DNA of 64,000 bases, taken from NCBI RefSeq assembly GCF_009914755.1, contig NC_060943.1; one strand, written 5' to 3'. The notes under the pieces were generated by a model. The model saw only the letters and a program-made list of their open reading frames with translations. It had not been told where the DNA came from and made no database searches. The translations under genes were made by a program, and so were the position numbers. Below are positions 1 to 29,322 of this stretch, piece by piece. Each line of letters begins with the position of its first letter. The stretch's first letter is position 1. Source of the DNA: the human T2T-CHM13v2.0 reference genome, Homo sapiens.

Positions 1-286
<286 letters not shown>

Positions 287-1183
287 TTACCGACATTTTC
301 TTAGATTTGTTTACTCTGTTTCTCTCTTACCCCCACTCCAGTTTTGTTTTGTTTTTTTGCTGAACTACTTTACCTTTTCTTTTAAATACTACCATATGTA
401 TTGCCAAGAGATTTGTTTAATCCTGCAATATTTCTAACACACCTAACAACATTAGTAATAATTTCTTACTATCATCTTCTACTTAGTCTCTGTTATATAT
501 TTCATTGTGTCAAGAATGTTGTTTATGGTTGGTTTATTTGAATCAGGATCCAAATAAAATCTGCACATTCTTAGTTCACAGACTATACAAAAGCAGGCTG
601 TGGGTATAGTTTGCCAACCCCTGCTCTAGATGTACCTTATTCTGGATTTGCCATTTGACCTCCTTGTGGTGGTGTTTGACATGCTTCTTTATCCCATTTT
701 TCCTATAATCTGGCTTTATTCAATGCAGATTCAAATCTTTGGCAAGTATACCTCATAGGTGATGCTGTGTACATCCTATTGCATCTTATGTCAGTTTGTC
801 CCACTTACAGACATAATTGAGATTGATCAGTAGATTCATGTATTGTCAGGCCAAATCCTCCTATTTCAGTGATCTCTGTCAACCTTTCACTTAAGGGTTT
901 TAGCACCTATTGACCATCATAGCCTAGATCCATTATTTTCTTAGAGCGTCTTTCACTTTTATTAGCTGAAATTCTCCCAAAGAGAAAAACTCTCTCATTA
1001 ACTATTTGATTGCACTGAAATACAGTTTCTCAGGCCAGGAAAAAGAAATACTCTTTCTCTTCAAAAGCTTTTAGAATAATGATTGGTGTCCTAGAGGTTT
1101 CCAAAATTTGTCAAGTTAAATCATTATAAATTTATGTAATTTGAGCATCAGAATATATTATAGGCATATAAATATTTTTCATA

Positions 1184-1492
<309 letters not shown>

Positions 1493-1683
1493 TAATACTC
1501 AAATTGTCTCATCTTGAGCAAGAGGGATCTTTAGTTAATCTTGTAAGTTTCCCGCTCCAGACATGGAAATAGCCATTTCTTTAAAAACTTTTGCCTCTTT
1601 TAGCAGGAAATGATATTGTGGAGACTGCAGTCTGAGGATTATGGTTGCTCTTTAATACTGAGTTATTGGTTCTATAGCTTTTA

Positions 1684-2052
<369 letters not shown>

Positions 2053-2154
2053 TTAGATACATCCAATTAAAATTAAAAAGTATAGTGCCCTTTTACCTTT
2101 TATGCTGAAAATCTTGGCTCCTCATTACATGTTTATTTCCTTAATTCATATATA

Positions 2155-2365
2155 TTTCTCACCCTTGACACTATTGACATTTTGGGCCAGATAATTCTTT
2201 GCTCTGGGGGACTGCCTTGTGTGTTGGGGGATGTTTAGCAGCATGCCTGCTTCTACTCACTGGATAACAGTAGCGCCATCCCTCTTTCTCCCCATCATCT
2301 TCCCAGTTGTGGAAACCAAAAATGTCTGTAGACCTTCCAGACATTGCCCAGTGACCCTTAAGGAG
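2155..2365. mobile_element. MER20-like hAT DNA transposon
   Basis: actattgacattttgggccagataattctttg...aaccaaaaatgtct...cagacattgcc. Confidence 0.7.
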
Positions 2366-2821
2366 TAACACTGATTAATCTATCTTCTTTCTTTATATAT
2401 TAATTTCAAATTAACAGTAATGCTAATATTACTAATAATAAAAAGACAACTAAACGTAATTTAAGATGTCTTTTGGGTTTTCTTCCTTAGAATATATTCT
2501 AATAGGGATATATAGTCAAACTACTATGTTTAAGGTTACTTGAAGTAATTTTCTATGTGATTATGACCCTCATTTGATAAGTAGGCTTGTTTCCAATTTT
2601 TTTCTATTTTTAGGGATTGCTTTGGCTTTTTTCTTTTTTGATTTAATTTTTATTTTTTCATATGTAAAATATGTACATGATTTTATTGTCAGAACTCTAA
2701 AGTTACAGTCAGAGAAGTCATGGTTTCAGTACATGTAAGTGAAAAAAACTCAGCGTAGAGAACATTGTTTAGAATATACTCTCTTTTATGTGCAAATGGA
2801 TGGGAAGAGAGACAGAGAGAG

Positions 2822-2823
<2 letters not shown>

Positions 2824-2858
<35 letters not shown>
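2824..2858. repeat. (GT)n microsatellite
   Basis: About 17 GT units; a second imperfect (TG)n lies at ~3345-3382. Confidence 0.95.
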
Positions 2859-2862
<4 letters not shown>

Positions 2863-2880
2863 AAATATATATTAAAAATA

Positions 2881-3290
2881 CAATTGGCCCTCGGACAACA
2901 TGGGTTTAAACTGCACGGGTCCACTTACATGCTGATTTTCTTACACCTCTGCCACCCAAGACAGCAAGACCGACCTCCTCCTCAGCCTACTCAGTGTGAA
3001 GATAATGAGGATGAAGATGTTTAGGATTATCCACTTCCACTTAATGAATAGTAAATGTATTTTCCTTATGATTATTGTAATAACATTTTATTTTCTCTAA
3101 GTTATTTTATTGTAAAAATGCAGCATATAATACATATACAAAATATGTGTTAATCAACTATGTTTTCAATAAGGCTTCTGGTCAACAGTAGGCTATTACT
3201 GGTTAAGTTTTGGGAGAGTCAAAAGTTAGAAACATTTGCAATTATGTGGAGGATTAGCACCTCATCCCCATGTTGTTCAAGGGCCAACTG
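2881..3290. mobile_element. Tigger2a-like TcMar element
   Basis: Terminal inverted repeats caattggccctcggacaacatggg / cccatgttgttcaagggccaactg with TA on both sides. Confidence 0.8.
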
Positions 3291-3343
3291 TACATATGAT
3301 ATATGCGTGTATATGTACTATATATAAGGAAATGTGTGATTAT

Positions 3344-3375
<32 letters not shown>

Positions 3376-3416
3376 GTGTGTGTTTTTTTAAATAGTGGAA
3401 GAATAATCCAAGAACT

Positions 3417-4920
<1,504 letters not shown>

Positions 4921-5394
4921 GAACCTGGAAGTTTTGTGTGGGGCCCCAAATGCCAGCATCTGTTGTTCCTTTTAATCTTTTTATCTCCTGTGTGTAGGTA
5001 CATGCCAGCATTCATGAGGCTAAATAACAGAAAGGGATTGTTGATCTCATTCATGTTAGAGTGTATGGTGAATCTAAATCACATGGGAACTCTACATGCA
5101 GTTATGTCTAGGAAATGTAGTTTTAACTGCCTCAGCCTTTACGGGATGGAAAAGCATGGTGGGAGACTGGAATACATGTTACTTAAGCAGATCCATAACT
5201 CTTGCCTTGGTGTGTAACTGCTCCCTACTCAGACTTTAATCCTCTTCTTTTTAGTCCCACTCTTATCCTACCCACTCCACTTTTTTTTGAGATGAGGTCT
5301 TGCTATGTTTCCCAGACTAGTCTCAAATTCCTGGGCTTTAGCAACCCTTCCAAGTAGCTGGGAATATAGGTACAGCCCACTGCATCTGGTTTTT

Positions 5395-6460
5395 TAAATT
5401 AATAAACTTCATCTTTTAGGCTGGTTTTAGGTTCACAACAAAACTGAGTGGTGTACAGAGCTCATGAAAAAGTACCAAGTATATGGATACCCACTGCCCA
5501 GGCACACACAGCCTTCCCCACTGTCAACATCTTGCACCACAGTGGTATATTTGTTACCATCAATGAACCTTCATTACTGTTATTATTATACACATTATTA
5601 TTACACAAAGTCCATAATTTACATTAGGGTCACTCCTGGTGTTGTACATTCTATGGGTTTTGGTAAATGTATAATGACTCAGATCCATTATAGTATCTTA
5701 CAGAATACTTTCACTGTCCTAAAACTCCTCTCTCTTCCTCCTGTTTATTCCTTCCTCTCCCATAAGCTCTGGCAACCACTGATACCTTTACTAGTCATCA
5801 TTTTGCCTTTTCCAGTTTGGAATCATATAGTAGGTGGCCTTTTCCAATGGATTTCTTTTACTTAGCAACATGCATTTAAGGTTCCTCCATGTCTTTTCAT
5901 AACTTGATAGCACATCTGTTTTTATCATTGATGAATATTTCATTGTCTAGATGTACCACAGTTTATCCGTTCACCTAGTAAAGGGCATCTTCCAAGTGTT
6001 GGCAATTAGGAATAAAGCTGCTGTAAATATCCATGTGCAGATTTTTGTATGGACATATGTTTTCAACTCATTGGGGTAAATACCAAGCATGATTGCTGAA
6101 TAATATGGTAATAGTATGGCTAATTTTGTAAGAAACTGCCAGACTGTCTTCCAAAGTGGCTGTACCATTTTGCAGTCCCACCAGTAATGAGTGAGAGGTC
6201 CTATTGCTCTGCAAACTTGTCAGCCTTTGACTTAGTAGTTGCAGCAGGGGTTTTTTGTTGTTGATTTTTTTTTTTTTTTTTTTCAGATTTCCTACATAGA
6301 TGATCACATCACCTGTGAACAAAGACAGTTGTTGTTTCGTTTTTCCTTCCTAATCTGAATAGCTTTTATTTCCTTTTCTTGTTATTGCATTAGGTAGGAC
6401 TTCTAGTACAATGTTAAAAAGCAGTAATGCGAGGGAACATCCTTGCCTTGTGCTTGTTTA
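5395..6460 (-). mobile_element. Old L1M 3' end and ORF2 fragments, antisense
   Basis: Minus-strand translation MVQPLWKTVWQFL...LGIYPNELKTYVHTK is the L1 ORF2 C-terminus. Confidence 0.8.
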
Positions 6461-7111
6461 TCCCTACCTTTTGAGCGCCTAGATTCTCCAATTCTTGAGC
6501 CTTTCCAGTGATTTCTGGCCAAATCTCTTTGTTGCTTATTGTCATTTGCATCTTCATGATACTTTGTAGCTTTGCTATTCAGTTTATCCTAAATGCTTCT
6601 CATCCTGCAGTATTATGTTAAAATCTCTTGTTCATCTTTTTTTACACTCACGTCTCCTTTTTCTTATGGATTTAACCCTTTATTCCTTCACTATCATTTT
6701 AATGGCATTTTAGGAAGGAGGAAAAATACATGCATTCAAGCCTGTGTGTTTAGTCACAAATGTTCATTTTGTTCTCTAGCCGTTTGACTCCCTATCAGTC
6801 ATTTTTGTGTTCACCCTTTCATTTTAATTATTCTATTCATTTTGCTGATTTCTGCACTATACGTGGACGCTTTAAAAATCAGTCAAGGCTACTTGGACCT
6901 ACAGATGTCAGTTTTTGTCTCCATATGTTTTATGTAGTAGTTAACTTCTCAAACCTTAGGAACTAGGAACATTTACTCTTAGCTTTCTTTTGTATTGGTT
7001 GACTAGGCCAACATCAAAGATTAAACCCCACATTAGCCTATTTCTGATATGTTATTAATAGTCTAGTGGTAGAATAATTCACAAGTAATAATTTCTGGTC
7101 CTCCATTTTAG

Positions 7112-8688
7112 AAGTTTGGGAAGTTGATGAACAGATCAAGAAGCAACAGGAAACACTTGTGAGGAAAGTCACATCCATCTCCAAGAAAATTCTGATAAAG
7201 GAAAAAGTCATTGAATGTAAAAAAGTTGCGAAAATATTTCCTCTGAGTTCAGACATTGTTACTTCAAGACAAAGCTTCTATGACTGTGACTCACTTGATA
7301 AGGGTTTGGAACATAATTTAGACTTACTTAGATATGAGAAAGGCTGTGTAAGAGAGAAACAGAGTAATGAGTTTGGGAAACCATTTTACCATTGTGCATC
7401 CTATGTTGTAACCCCCTTTAAGTGTAATCAGTGTGGACAAGACTTCAGTCATAAATTTGACCTCATTAGACATGAGCGAATTCATGCTGGAGAGAAACCT
7501 TACGAATGTAAAGAATGTGGAAAAGCCTTCAGTAGGAAGGAAAATCTTATTACACATCAGAAAATTCATACTGGGGAAAAACCGTATAAGTGTAATGAAT
7601 GTGGAAAAGCTTTCATTCAGATGTCAAACCTTATTAGACACCACAGAATTCATACTGGGGAGAAACCTTATGCATGTAAGGATTGTTGGAAAGCCTTCAG
7701 TCAGAAATCAAATCTCATTGAACATGAGCGAATTCACACTGGAGAGAAACCCTATGAATGTAAGGAATGTGGGAAATCCTTCAGCCAGAAGCAAAATCTT
7801 ATTGAGCATGAGAAAATTCATACTGGGGAGAAACCTTATGCATGTAATGAATGTGGTAGAGCTTTTTCTCGAATGTCATCTGTTACGCTACATATGAGAA
7901 GTCACACAGGGGAGAAACCCTATAAATGTAATAAATGTGGAAAAGCTTTCTCTCAATGCTCAGTATTTATTATACATATGAGAAGTCACACTGGTGAGAA
8001 ACCCTATGTATGTAGTGAATGTGGGAAAGCCTTCTCTCAGAGTTCATCCCTAACCGTACATACGCGAAATCATACAGCTGAGAAACCCTATGAATGTAAG
8101 GAATGTGGAAAAGCCTTCAGCAGGAAAGAAAATCTCATTACACATCAGAAAATTCACACCGGAGAGAAACCTTATGAATGCAGTGAATGTGGGAAAGCTT
8201 TTATTCAGATGTCAAACCTCATTCGACACCAGAGAATTCATACGGGTGAGAAACCCTATGCATGTACAGTATGTGGAAAAGCCTTTAGTCAGAAATCAAA
8301 CCTCACTGAACATGAGAAAATTCATACTGGAGAGAAACCTTATCATTGTAATCAATGTGGGAAAGCTTTCAGTCAGAGACAAAATCTTCTTGAGCATGAA
8401 AAAATTCATACTGGAGAGAAACCATTCAAATGTAATGAATGTGGTAAAGCCTTCTCTCGAATCTCATCCCTCACTCTTCATGTGAGAAGTCACACAGGGG
8501 AGAAACCCTATGAATGTAATAAATGTGGGAAAGCCTTTTCTCAGTGCTCATTACTTATTATACATATGAGAAGTCATACTGGTGAGAAACCCTTTGAATG
8601 TAATGAATGTGGGAAAGCATTCTCTCAAAGAGCATCCCTTTCTATACATAAGAGAGGTCATACAGGTGAGAGACACCGAGTATATTAA
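7112..8688 (+). CDS. ZNF568: Terminal coding exon A of ZNF568: spacer plus 15 tandem C2H2 zinc fingers (KRAB exons lie upstream of the window)
   Basis: Acceptor ctccattttag at 7101-7111, phase 1, reads (E)[18 protein letters not shown]... to TAA at 8686-8688. There are 15 C-x2-C-x12-H-x3-H fingers with TGEKP linkers. Its 525 aa plus the 119-aa N-terminus I recall gives the 644-aa ZNF568 protein. Confidence 0.93.
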
Positions 8689-8779
8689 ATGAAAGAAGGC
8701 CTCTTAAATTCAACCCATGTTTTACTTAAAATATCTTGGCATAAGCTCAAAAAAGCCAGGATCTTTATGGAAAAATTTT

Positions 8780-9368
8780 AATACTTTGTTAAAAGGTGTA
8801 AGACTGGAATAAATGGAAAGAAATACCATATACATAGATGGAAAAACCCAGTATTATAAAAACCTCAATTCTGAAAATCTATAGACTGAATGCAGTTCCA
8901 AACAAAATCAACTAAGAATTTTCTAGGATCTTTCAAAAATGATTATAAAATTCATGTGAAATAGAAGTGTATGAATTGCTGCGACAATTTTGAAAAGAAT
9001 AGAGGAAACACCCTCACTGTATGATATAAAGTTATAGTCATTTAAAAATGTGTGATATTAGTACATTAGTAGGTAAATGAGCAGATTTTAAAGAATAGAA
9101 TATCCAGAAGCAGATTCATGAATATATGTGAACTCAGTGTATGTTAGAACTGACATCATGAATTAGTAGGGAAATGATGACCTAGTCAATAAAATTGCTG
9201 GGAATATTTGACTCTCCGTATTGGAGAAAATAAAATTACAACATTACGACATACTAAAAAATCAATATTCTTTTTTTTTTTTTTTTTTTTTTGAGACAAG
9301 CGTCTCACTCTGTCGCCCAGGCTGGAGTACGGTGGTGCAATCTCAGCTCACTGCAGCCTCTGCTTTCC

Positions 9369-9400
<32 letters not shown>

Positions 9401-10310
9401 GTATTTTTAGTAGAGACGGGGTTTCACCATGTTGGCCAGGGTAGTCTTGAACTCCTGACTTCAAAAGTGATCGCCCTCTTTGGCCTCCCAAAGTGCTGGG
9501 GTTTACAGGCTTGAGCCACTGCACCTGGCCAAAAAATTAACATTCTAAAGGATTTAAATACTGGAATTTGAAAAGCCAAACTGTGAAACCATTGGGAGAA
9601 AATAGATGATATTGTCTATGACGTTGAGGCCAAGGAGCTTTTTTTTTTTTTTTTTTTTTCAAGACAAAAGGACTCTGTAATTCCACTTCTAGGTATACAT
9701 CCTATAGAAACTCACAAATAATGCATAAGAAATATATATATAATATATGTATGTATGTATAGCCAGATGCAGTGGCACATGCCTGTAATCCCAGCTACTT
9801 GGGAGGCTGATAGAAGAAGATAACTTGAGGTCAGGAGTTCAAGACCAGCCTGGGAAACATAGCAAGACCCCATCTCTTAAAAAAAAAGAAATATATAGAC
9901 ATATATCTGCATTGAAAACAACCTAAATATTCATCAGTGGGGTAATGGATGAATAAAATATGATATATTCAAATGATAGAATAGTATACAGCACTTAAAA
10001 GCAGTGAACCAGATCCATATTGTGTAACATGGATAGTTAAAACAATGTTGAATGAAAAAAATCAAAATACAAATGAAACATTGTGTAATAATATTTATGT
10101 AAATTGGAATGAAATCATTTATAAAGAACAACTGTTTCTATTATTGAAAATTGTATGTAAAACTATTTAAAATAGAATAGAAGGATACACACCCAATTAT
10201 TGATAGCATTGTCTCTGGAGATTGAATTTGAGGCTGTTGATTAAAAGGAGACTTTAGCTTTGCTTGTAGTTTTTATACCTGAAAAAGACTGGTAGCATAT
10301 AAAATAAATC
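8780..10310 (+). mobile_element. Ancient sense L1M fragments forming the exon A 3' UTR, interrupted by a - Alu (9269-9530) and a monomer (~9761-9890)
   Basis: aataaatggaaagaaataccatatacatagatggaaaa...atctatagactgaatgcagttcca resembles ORF2 NKWKDIPCSWIGR...IYRFNAIP. Confidence 0.7.
10303..10308 (+). terminator. Candidate poly(A) signal for exon A transcripts (alternatives at 8808, 9188, ~9952)
   Basis: AATAAA followed ~40 nt later by a GU/U-rich tract (gtttacttgtaatagtgtttttcttgttc). Confidence 0.35.
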
Positions 10311-11171
10311 TTAAAAGCTAATGATACACAATGACAATATGAATGTTTACTTGTAATAGTGTTTTTCTTGTTCTTTCTCACAACAGGCCAAGGGAAGCCT
10401 GTGCCCATAGAAGGAAATGTTATAATGGATTCATATGCCCTATCAGATGCTCAACTATTTTATGAAAAATCTCTCTAGAAAATTAGTAATTAGAATATTC
10501 TTGTTTATTATATAATGTGAAATTAGCACATTTTAGCAACTTGATGATGCTGTGTTTTTATATTTTAACATTTCTGAAATTGGACTCCTTTCAACTGATG
10601 ATATCTTAGATTCAAGTAAATATTTAATTATTAAAAATTTGAAAATCAGATGCCAGTATAACAAATGAAATGTGTTTTTATTTACTAGCTCCGGGCATCA
10701 TGTCTACTACTCACGGTGCCTGTCCTTTCAGTGGAGCCAGTATTATTAGACAGCAAATTTATTAGGTTCATAGCTAACTAATTACCAATATATTTAGAGT
10801 ATTGTGGAGAGATTAAGATTTTTCCTGGGAAAGTGACTTTGCAATATTTGTTTTCTTGCCCTGTAATTTTCCATACAACCAGCATAGGCATTAATATCAT
10901 TGTTAATTATAACAATATTTTGAAATGAGAAATCATTTATTTCCTGAGGTGGCCATAAGCAATTGTGTAAAAGTGTGTTGGTTTTAATCTAGAGACCATT
11001 TTATTCTTTTTACAACTCTTGACTTACACAGCCCATCCGGTTTTGGTTGGAAATGGTGGTGAACTTAGACCCTGAGCACTAATAGTAGAGTTCCTCTTGA
11101 AGAGTCTCATTCTCTGTAATAATACATGAACCAACCCTTACAGAGGTGATGTTTTTATTATGCCATCTCTA

Positions 11172-12716
<1,545 letters not shown>

Positions 12717-13569
12717 TGTAAACCTTTTTTTAAAAAATGGTTTTCGCATTTCGTGTATCCACACAAGTAACCCTGTATAAATATTTGTGAGACTTTTTTT
12801 TTTGTCTAAACAGTTGTTTTTATCTGTGATTTTCTTTTTAATGTTTTTTTTTTGTTTGTTTGTTTGTTTTTGGCCTGTACTTTATATGCCTTAAAGCCTC
12901 TGCCCCTTTCTTTACATAGCTTTAGAGTCAACAGAGAAATGTAAAATTCCACTTAAGGCCCATAAGGACAACCTTCATTTCTCTTTTGGCCTCTCTCACC
13001 CCAGTAAGACTGGCTGAACCTATCAGGTGAGGTAAAGTGCCTCAGAGTAGGTCTAAAAGGGCGTTTTACTGATCTTGTGTCAGCAAGCAGATGATCTGGT
13101 CTCTGTAAATTCATTTTTTCCTTCTGTCCTAAGGGGTAGAAATAATAAGATAGATATAAGTGACTGAGACAGACTTTGAAAAAAATCATTAATTAAATCA
13201 TGGTGAATTCTTCTTTACCTGGACACACATGAGTTACTGCCTAGAGAGTTTCCATTCTAGAGTTCAAACTTCATAAGAGGTTCAGTTCCTGTGAATGGCC
13301 TCAAAACACACAGAATAAAACATACTAATAGTGGCTTGGACTAGACACAGCAGTAGAAATTGATAGATTTCAGATACATTTTGGAGGTGATTCAACATAA
13401 TGAGTTCATATGAAAGATGAGGAGTAAAGAGATAAAGGATAACTCCTATGTTTTTATGGAAAGAAACTGGCTGGCCGGTGGACCATTTGATAAAAATGCA
13501 GCAGGCTGGGGAGAAATATTTTAGAGTAAAGGTTGGGGATGGACTCAAGATGTGTGATGGACTTTCTTT

Positions 13570-14150
13570 TCAGCTGTTTCCCAGAAGCAGGCTTTGAGAT
13601 GAGGATTCCTATGCAAGTGATTTATTAAGGAAGTGCTTTCAATAAGAGGGGTAAGAGAATGGAGGAAGCAGAATAAGAAAAAGAAGTAAGTCAAGGGTGT
13701 GATCGCAGGCACAGTCCTGCCATGGATGGTGTCATCCTGATCCCTGTGGGAACTCGAGTGTAAGCTATGCCTCAGACTTTTCAAGATTCCACCTTCAGGA
13801 CTGAGGCACTTGTGCTGCCAACTTCTGAGAATCTTGGCTGCTGACAACTCACAGCTAAATTCCTCTAAGGAATTGCTGTTGGACGAAAGGAGCTGCCTTA
13901 TGCAAGGTTACACTGTCTCCCTTCAGGCAGCTTGGCCCACGTTGCCTCAGTTTAGAGCAACTCTGAAGAGCAATCCCAGCTCTAGAGCTCCCCAGGGAAC
14001 AAATTTCAACTGCATCAGTTTAATTTCTCTTTCCATCCAGTTTTGCTTTATTCATTTCCTTACTGCTGATGTTCCCAAGAGATCTCCCCAATAAACCCTA
14101 TCATAGATTTCCATCTCAGATTCTCTTTTCCTGGGAAACTGACTTAAAAC
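13570..14150. mobile_element. Two old ERVL-class (LTR16-like) LTR fragments in opposite orientation
   Basis: aataaacc...ccatctcagattctcttttcctgggaaactgacttaaaaca 3' end on +, with a similar end on - at ~13570-13630. Confidence 0.5.
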
Positions 14151-14166
14151 AGTAGACATTTTGCAA

Positions 14167-15140
<974 letters not shown>

Positions 15141-15519
15141 GTTGTGACATTTGGTGTGGTTTCTTCAAAAACTTGATGTCATGGGCTAAAGAGGTGTATA
15201 AACAGGAGGCTAAAGGGAAGCATGGGCAAGCTCTCTAGAAGTGGTCTCAGATGGAGGACTTGAGAAACAAAGAAGATGGATAAGGAAAATGTTAAATATG
15301 TGGGTAAATAGAAACAAATATTGGCAGGTGGAAAAGAAGAGCAAGATTGATTTACAGGGTTTTCAAAGGCCATGAAAGTACTGGGAAACAATGGTATATA
15401 ATTCAGTGGATTGGAGTGGGTTTGATTTAAAGTATTTCAAGTCTCTTTACTATTAAATATAAAGCTAATTTTTAAGATTCAGATTTTGAAGGATTGTAAG
15501 AGACCCAAAAGATTGCCTT

Positions 15520-20660
<5,141 letters not shown>

Positions 20661-21282
20661 TAGGTTTTCATTGCTAAATAATGGTACCACAGTCACCTGT
20701 TAATGAATAGTTGTGTTGTTTCCAGTTTGGGGACTATCAAGAATAAGGCTACCATGAATATTTGTGTAAAAATTATTTGTATAGATGTATGTTTTCATTT
20801 CTCTTGGATAAATGCCAAGGATTGGATTGGCTAGGTAGTATAGGAGATACGAATTTTATGAAAATTCTTAATTTCAGACCTGTCAATTCAGTCTCAGTAG
20901 CTTCATTTTTCTTAGCTTGATAAATGATGGAAATATTAACCCAGTGGCAATTTTATGTACGAACACTGATGAATGTCAGCAGCACTAGGCTTTGGGCAGA
21001 GTGCCAGAACAAATGGCAAAGCAAAGCCTCAACAGCTGCTCCTGGGGCATAATTAATGACCATGTCCTAAAGACATTTTAGTGTTAACATATAACCAGCT
21101 GCTGTTTCTCCTGTAACTAAATTTAACAACTGACAGCAATATGAACAGCGTTTTATGAAATACTCCCAATACAGTCTCTATTAAATGAATTTGGCAGAGG
21201 GCTATGCTATGACTGGTGCCCTATTTCAGAGTTGTTTTTTAACATTGGTAATATCTTTTCATGCATTAGAAAGGCCCAAGTT

Positions 21283-21980
<698 letters not shown>

Positions 21981-22113
21981 GGTGTCCAGAACTCAAGCTT
22001 GATTTCTGCTGTTTCTGAATATCTCTTAAAGAAACAAGTACTGGAGGCAGAGAATAACCCATTAAGTGTTCTCTGAACTATGAGGCATCTGAGCCTATCT
22101 GATCTTTAAGTCA

Positions 22114-22420
<307 letters not shown>

Positions 22421-22700
22421 TAAAATAATGAAGTGAAAGTCGATACAAGAGGTGGTGGAGCTTGTAGCAGATGACAACCATGTCCCCTGAGGTGACTGAT
22501 ACCTCCAGTGTTAGAGGTGGAAGAACATCACCTCTAAATAAAAATGATCTTCTGCGCTCTCCTAGTTGGGACACTAGTCTTTGGGGACAAGCAAGTACTA
22601 TAAGAGGGACTTGTATCTATACAAAGACTTGTACAACTGGGGTTGAAATTTTCATTAAGCATGTAAATGTTATCCTACTTTCTTGGGAATCTTTGATTAT

Positions 22701-22900
22701 TGCTATGGTTTGAATATTTGTCGCCTCCAAAATTCATGTTGAAATTTAGTTGCCATTATAACAGTATTAAGAGGTGGAACCTTTACAAGGTGATTAGCTC
22801 ATGAGAGCTCCACACTCATGGGTGGGATTCATGCTGTTATAAAAGGACAAGTTGGGCATGCTTTTATCTCTTTGCCTGTCTGCCTTCCATGTGAGGACAA
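22701..22900 (+). mobile_element. MaLR (MST-like) LTR 5' fragment
   Basis: tgctatggtttgaatatttgtc..ctccaaaattcatgttgaaattt. Confidence 0.7.
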
Positions 22901-23030
22901 CCATGTATCATAAATATGGCCAGTGAGATACAAGCAAAAATATTTGGGGGTAATGGGTATTTGAAAGCATTTTCTTCCTTAATTTAAAAGGGACATAATC
23001 AGCCAACACAGTCTTTTCCCTTGATTTTTG

Positions 23031-23300
23031 TCAACAGCAGAGACCAGCATTGAGTCCCTGATATAGCAGCATTCCCTTTTGGAACCAGCTAGCCACCTGA
23101 TAGAAGGCCGAATACACTGGGCCTGTTCTGTCATGGATGAGACAGAGATTCATTCTTATAAGCATGGACAGATATTCTGGAATAGATTTTTTTTCTTGCC
23201 CGTAATGCTGCTGCCAGCATCACAACCATGGACTTACAGAATGCTTTCATGCTTTCTCCACCATTATGGCATCCCCCCAGTTTTGTGTGTGATCAAGGAC
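23031..23300 (+). mobile_element. ERVL-class pol (integrase) relic
   Basis: Frame-broken translation QQQRPALSP*YSSIP..., [33 protein letters not shown], similar to the HERV-L integrase core. Confidence 0.7.
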
Positions 23301-24005
<705 letters not shown>

Positions 24006-24124
24006 CATCTTCTCATTTGGATAGCTGTACCTTGCTAGGTAGAAATAGAGTTGTTTCATTGTTGTAAAGGAGCTCAAGTTTTGTATAAAAAAGTGTGTAG
24101 AAACTTAGTACCCAAAGGGTTAGA

Positions 24125-25258
<1,134 letters not shown>

Positions 25259-25887
25259 TTAAAAAGCTTCTCATCCATCCATTTCTGGCAAAAGCCCATC
25301 ATCATTCACCAAGACCTTCACACTTAAGCTTTCCATGATACCCAACTGCTTAAAGTCTCATAAGGCAGGACAGTTTGCCATCAACCAAAAGCATAATGAG
25401 TTGTTGCATCACAATGGTCCTGTCTCCATGGCAGATCATAATGTCCACAGTAAAGAATCTCATCTTTCTCTACAAGATAGGTGTTTTTGCCCCATTAGTG
25501 CTTGGAATAGAACACTGGGCATGAAGGAGAATCTCAACAACATGAAAATGCATATCTCTTAACAGTGGTGTTGTAGTTTCTTGTGGGCTAAATTGAAAAC
25601 CCAGGAACAAAATAAAAACTTGGTTGTATTTGAAATTATCCCATAAAATATCTAAGATGTCCTACAAAGCATATAACATGGATCAGTTATCCAACACTGA
25701 AGAATAATACGTATATATGTGTGTCAACTGTACACCATAATATCCATACATGGTAGAAAGTCCACATATAAAATGTAATTTCATGATTCATATTTATATG
25801 AGAAAAATACATACAAATTTATATGAGAGTAACACATATTAATTTACATGAAAATGTAACATATACCTTATATTAAATATGCATATG

Positions 25888-29178
<3,291 letters not shown>

Positions 29179-29209
29179 ATAACATTTTTAAATACAGTAT
29201 TTATTTTAA

Positions 29210-29322
29210 AAAATTGGTTTATTTTAGTAGCACTTTTAGTAACACAAAAGTGCTTTTATTTTAGTAGCACTTTTAGTAACACAAAAGTGCTACTAAAATT
29301 GGTTTATTTTAGTAGCACTTTT
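29210..29322. repeat. Composite direct and inverted repeat
   Basis: tttattttagtagcactttt three times (29218, 29255, 29303) plus the inverted copy aaaagtgctactaaaat at 29283-29299. Confidence 0.92.

Noticed and set aside
7433-8485. Alternate-frame ORFs (154 aa, 131 aa; also 53710-54765) overlapping the finger exons
   Set aside because: The expected shifted-frame shadow ([13 protein letters not shown]) of C2H2 repeats.
10365-10440. Acceptor-like ttctttctcacaacag at ~10386
   Set aside because: No recognisable KRAB or ZF coding sequence follows and there are early stops; unsupported without RNA data.
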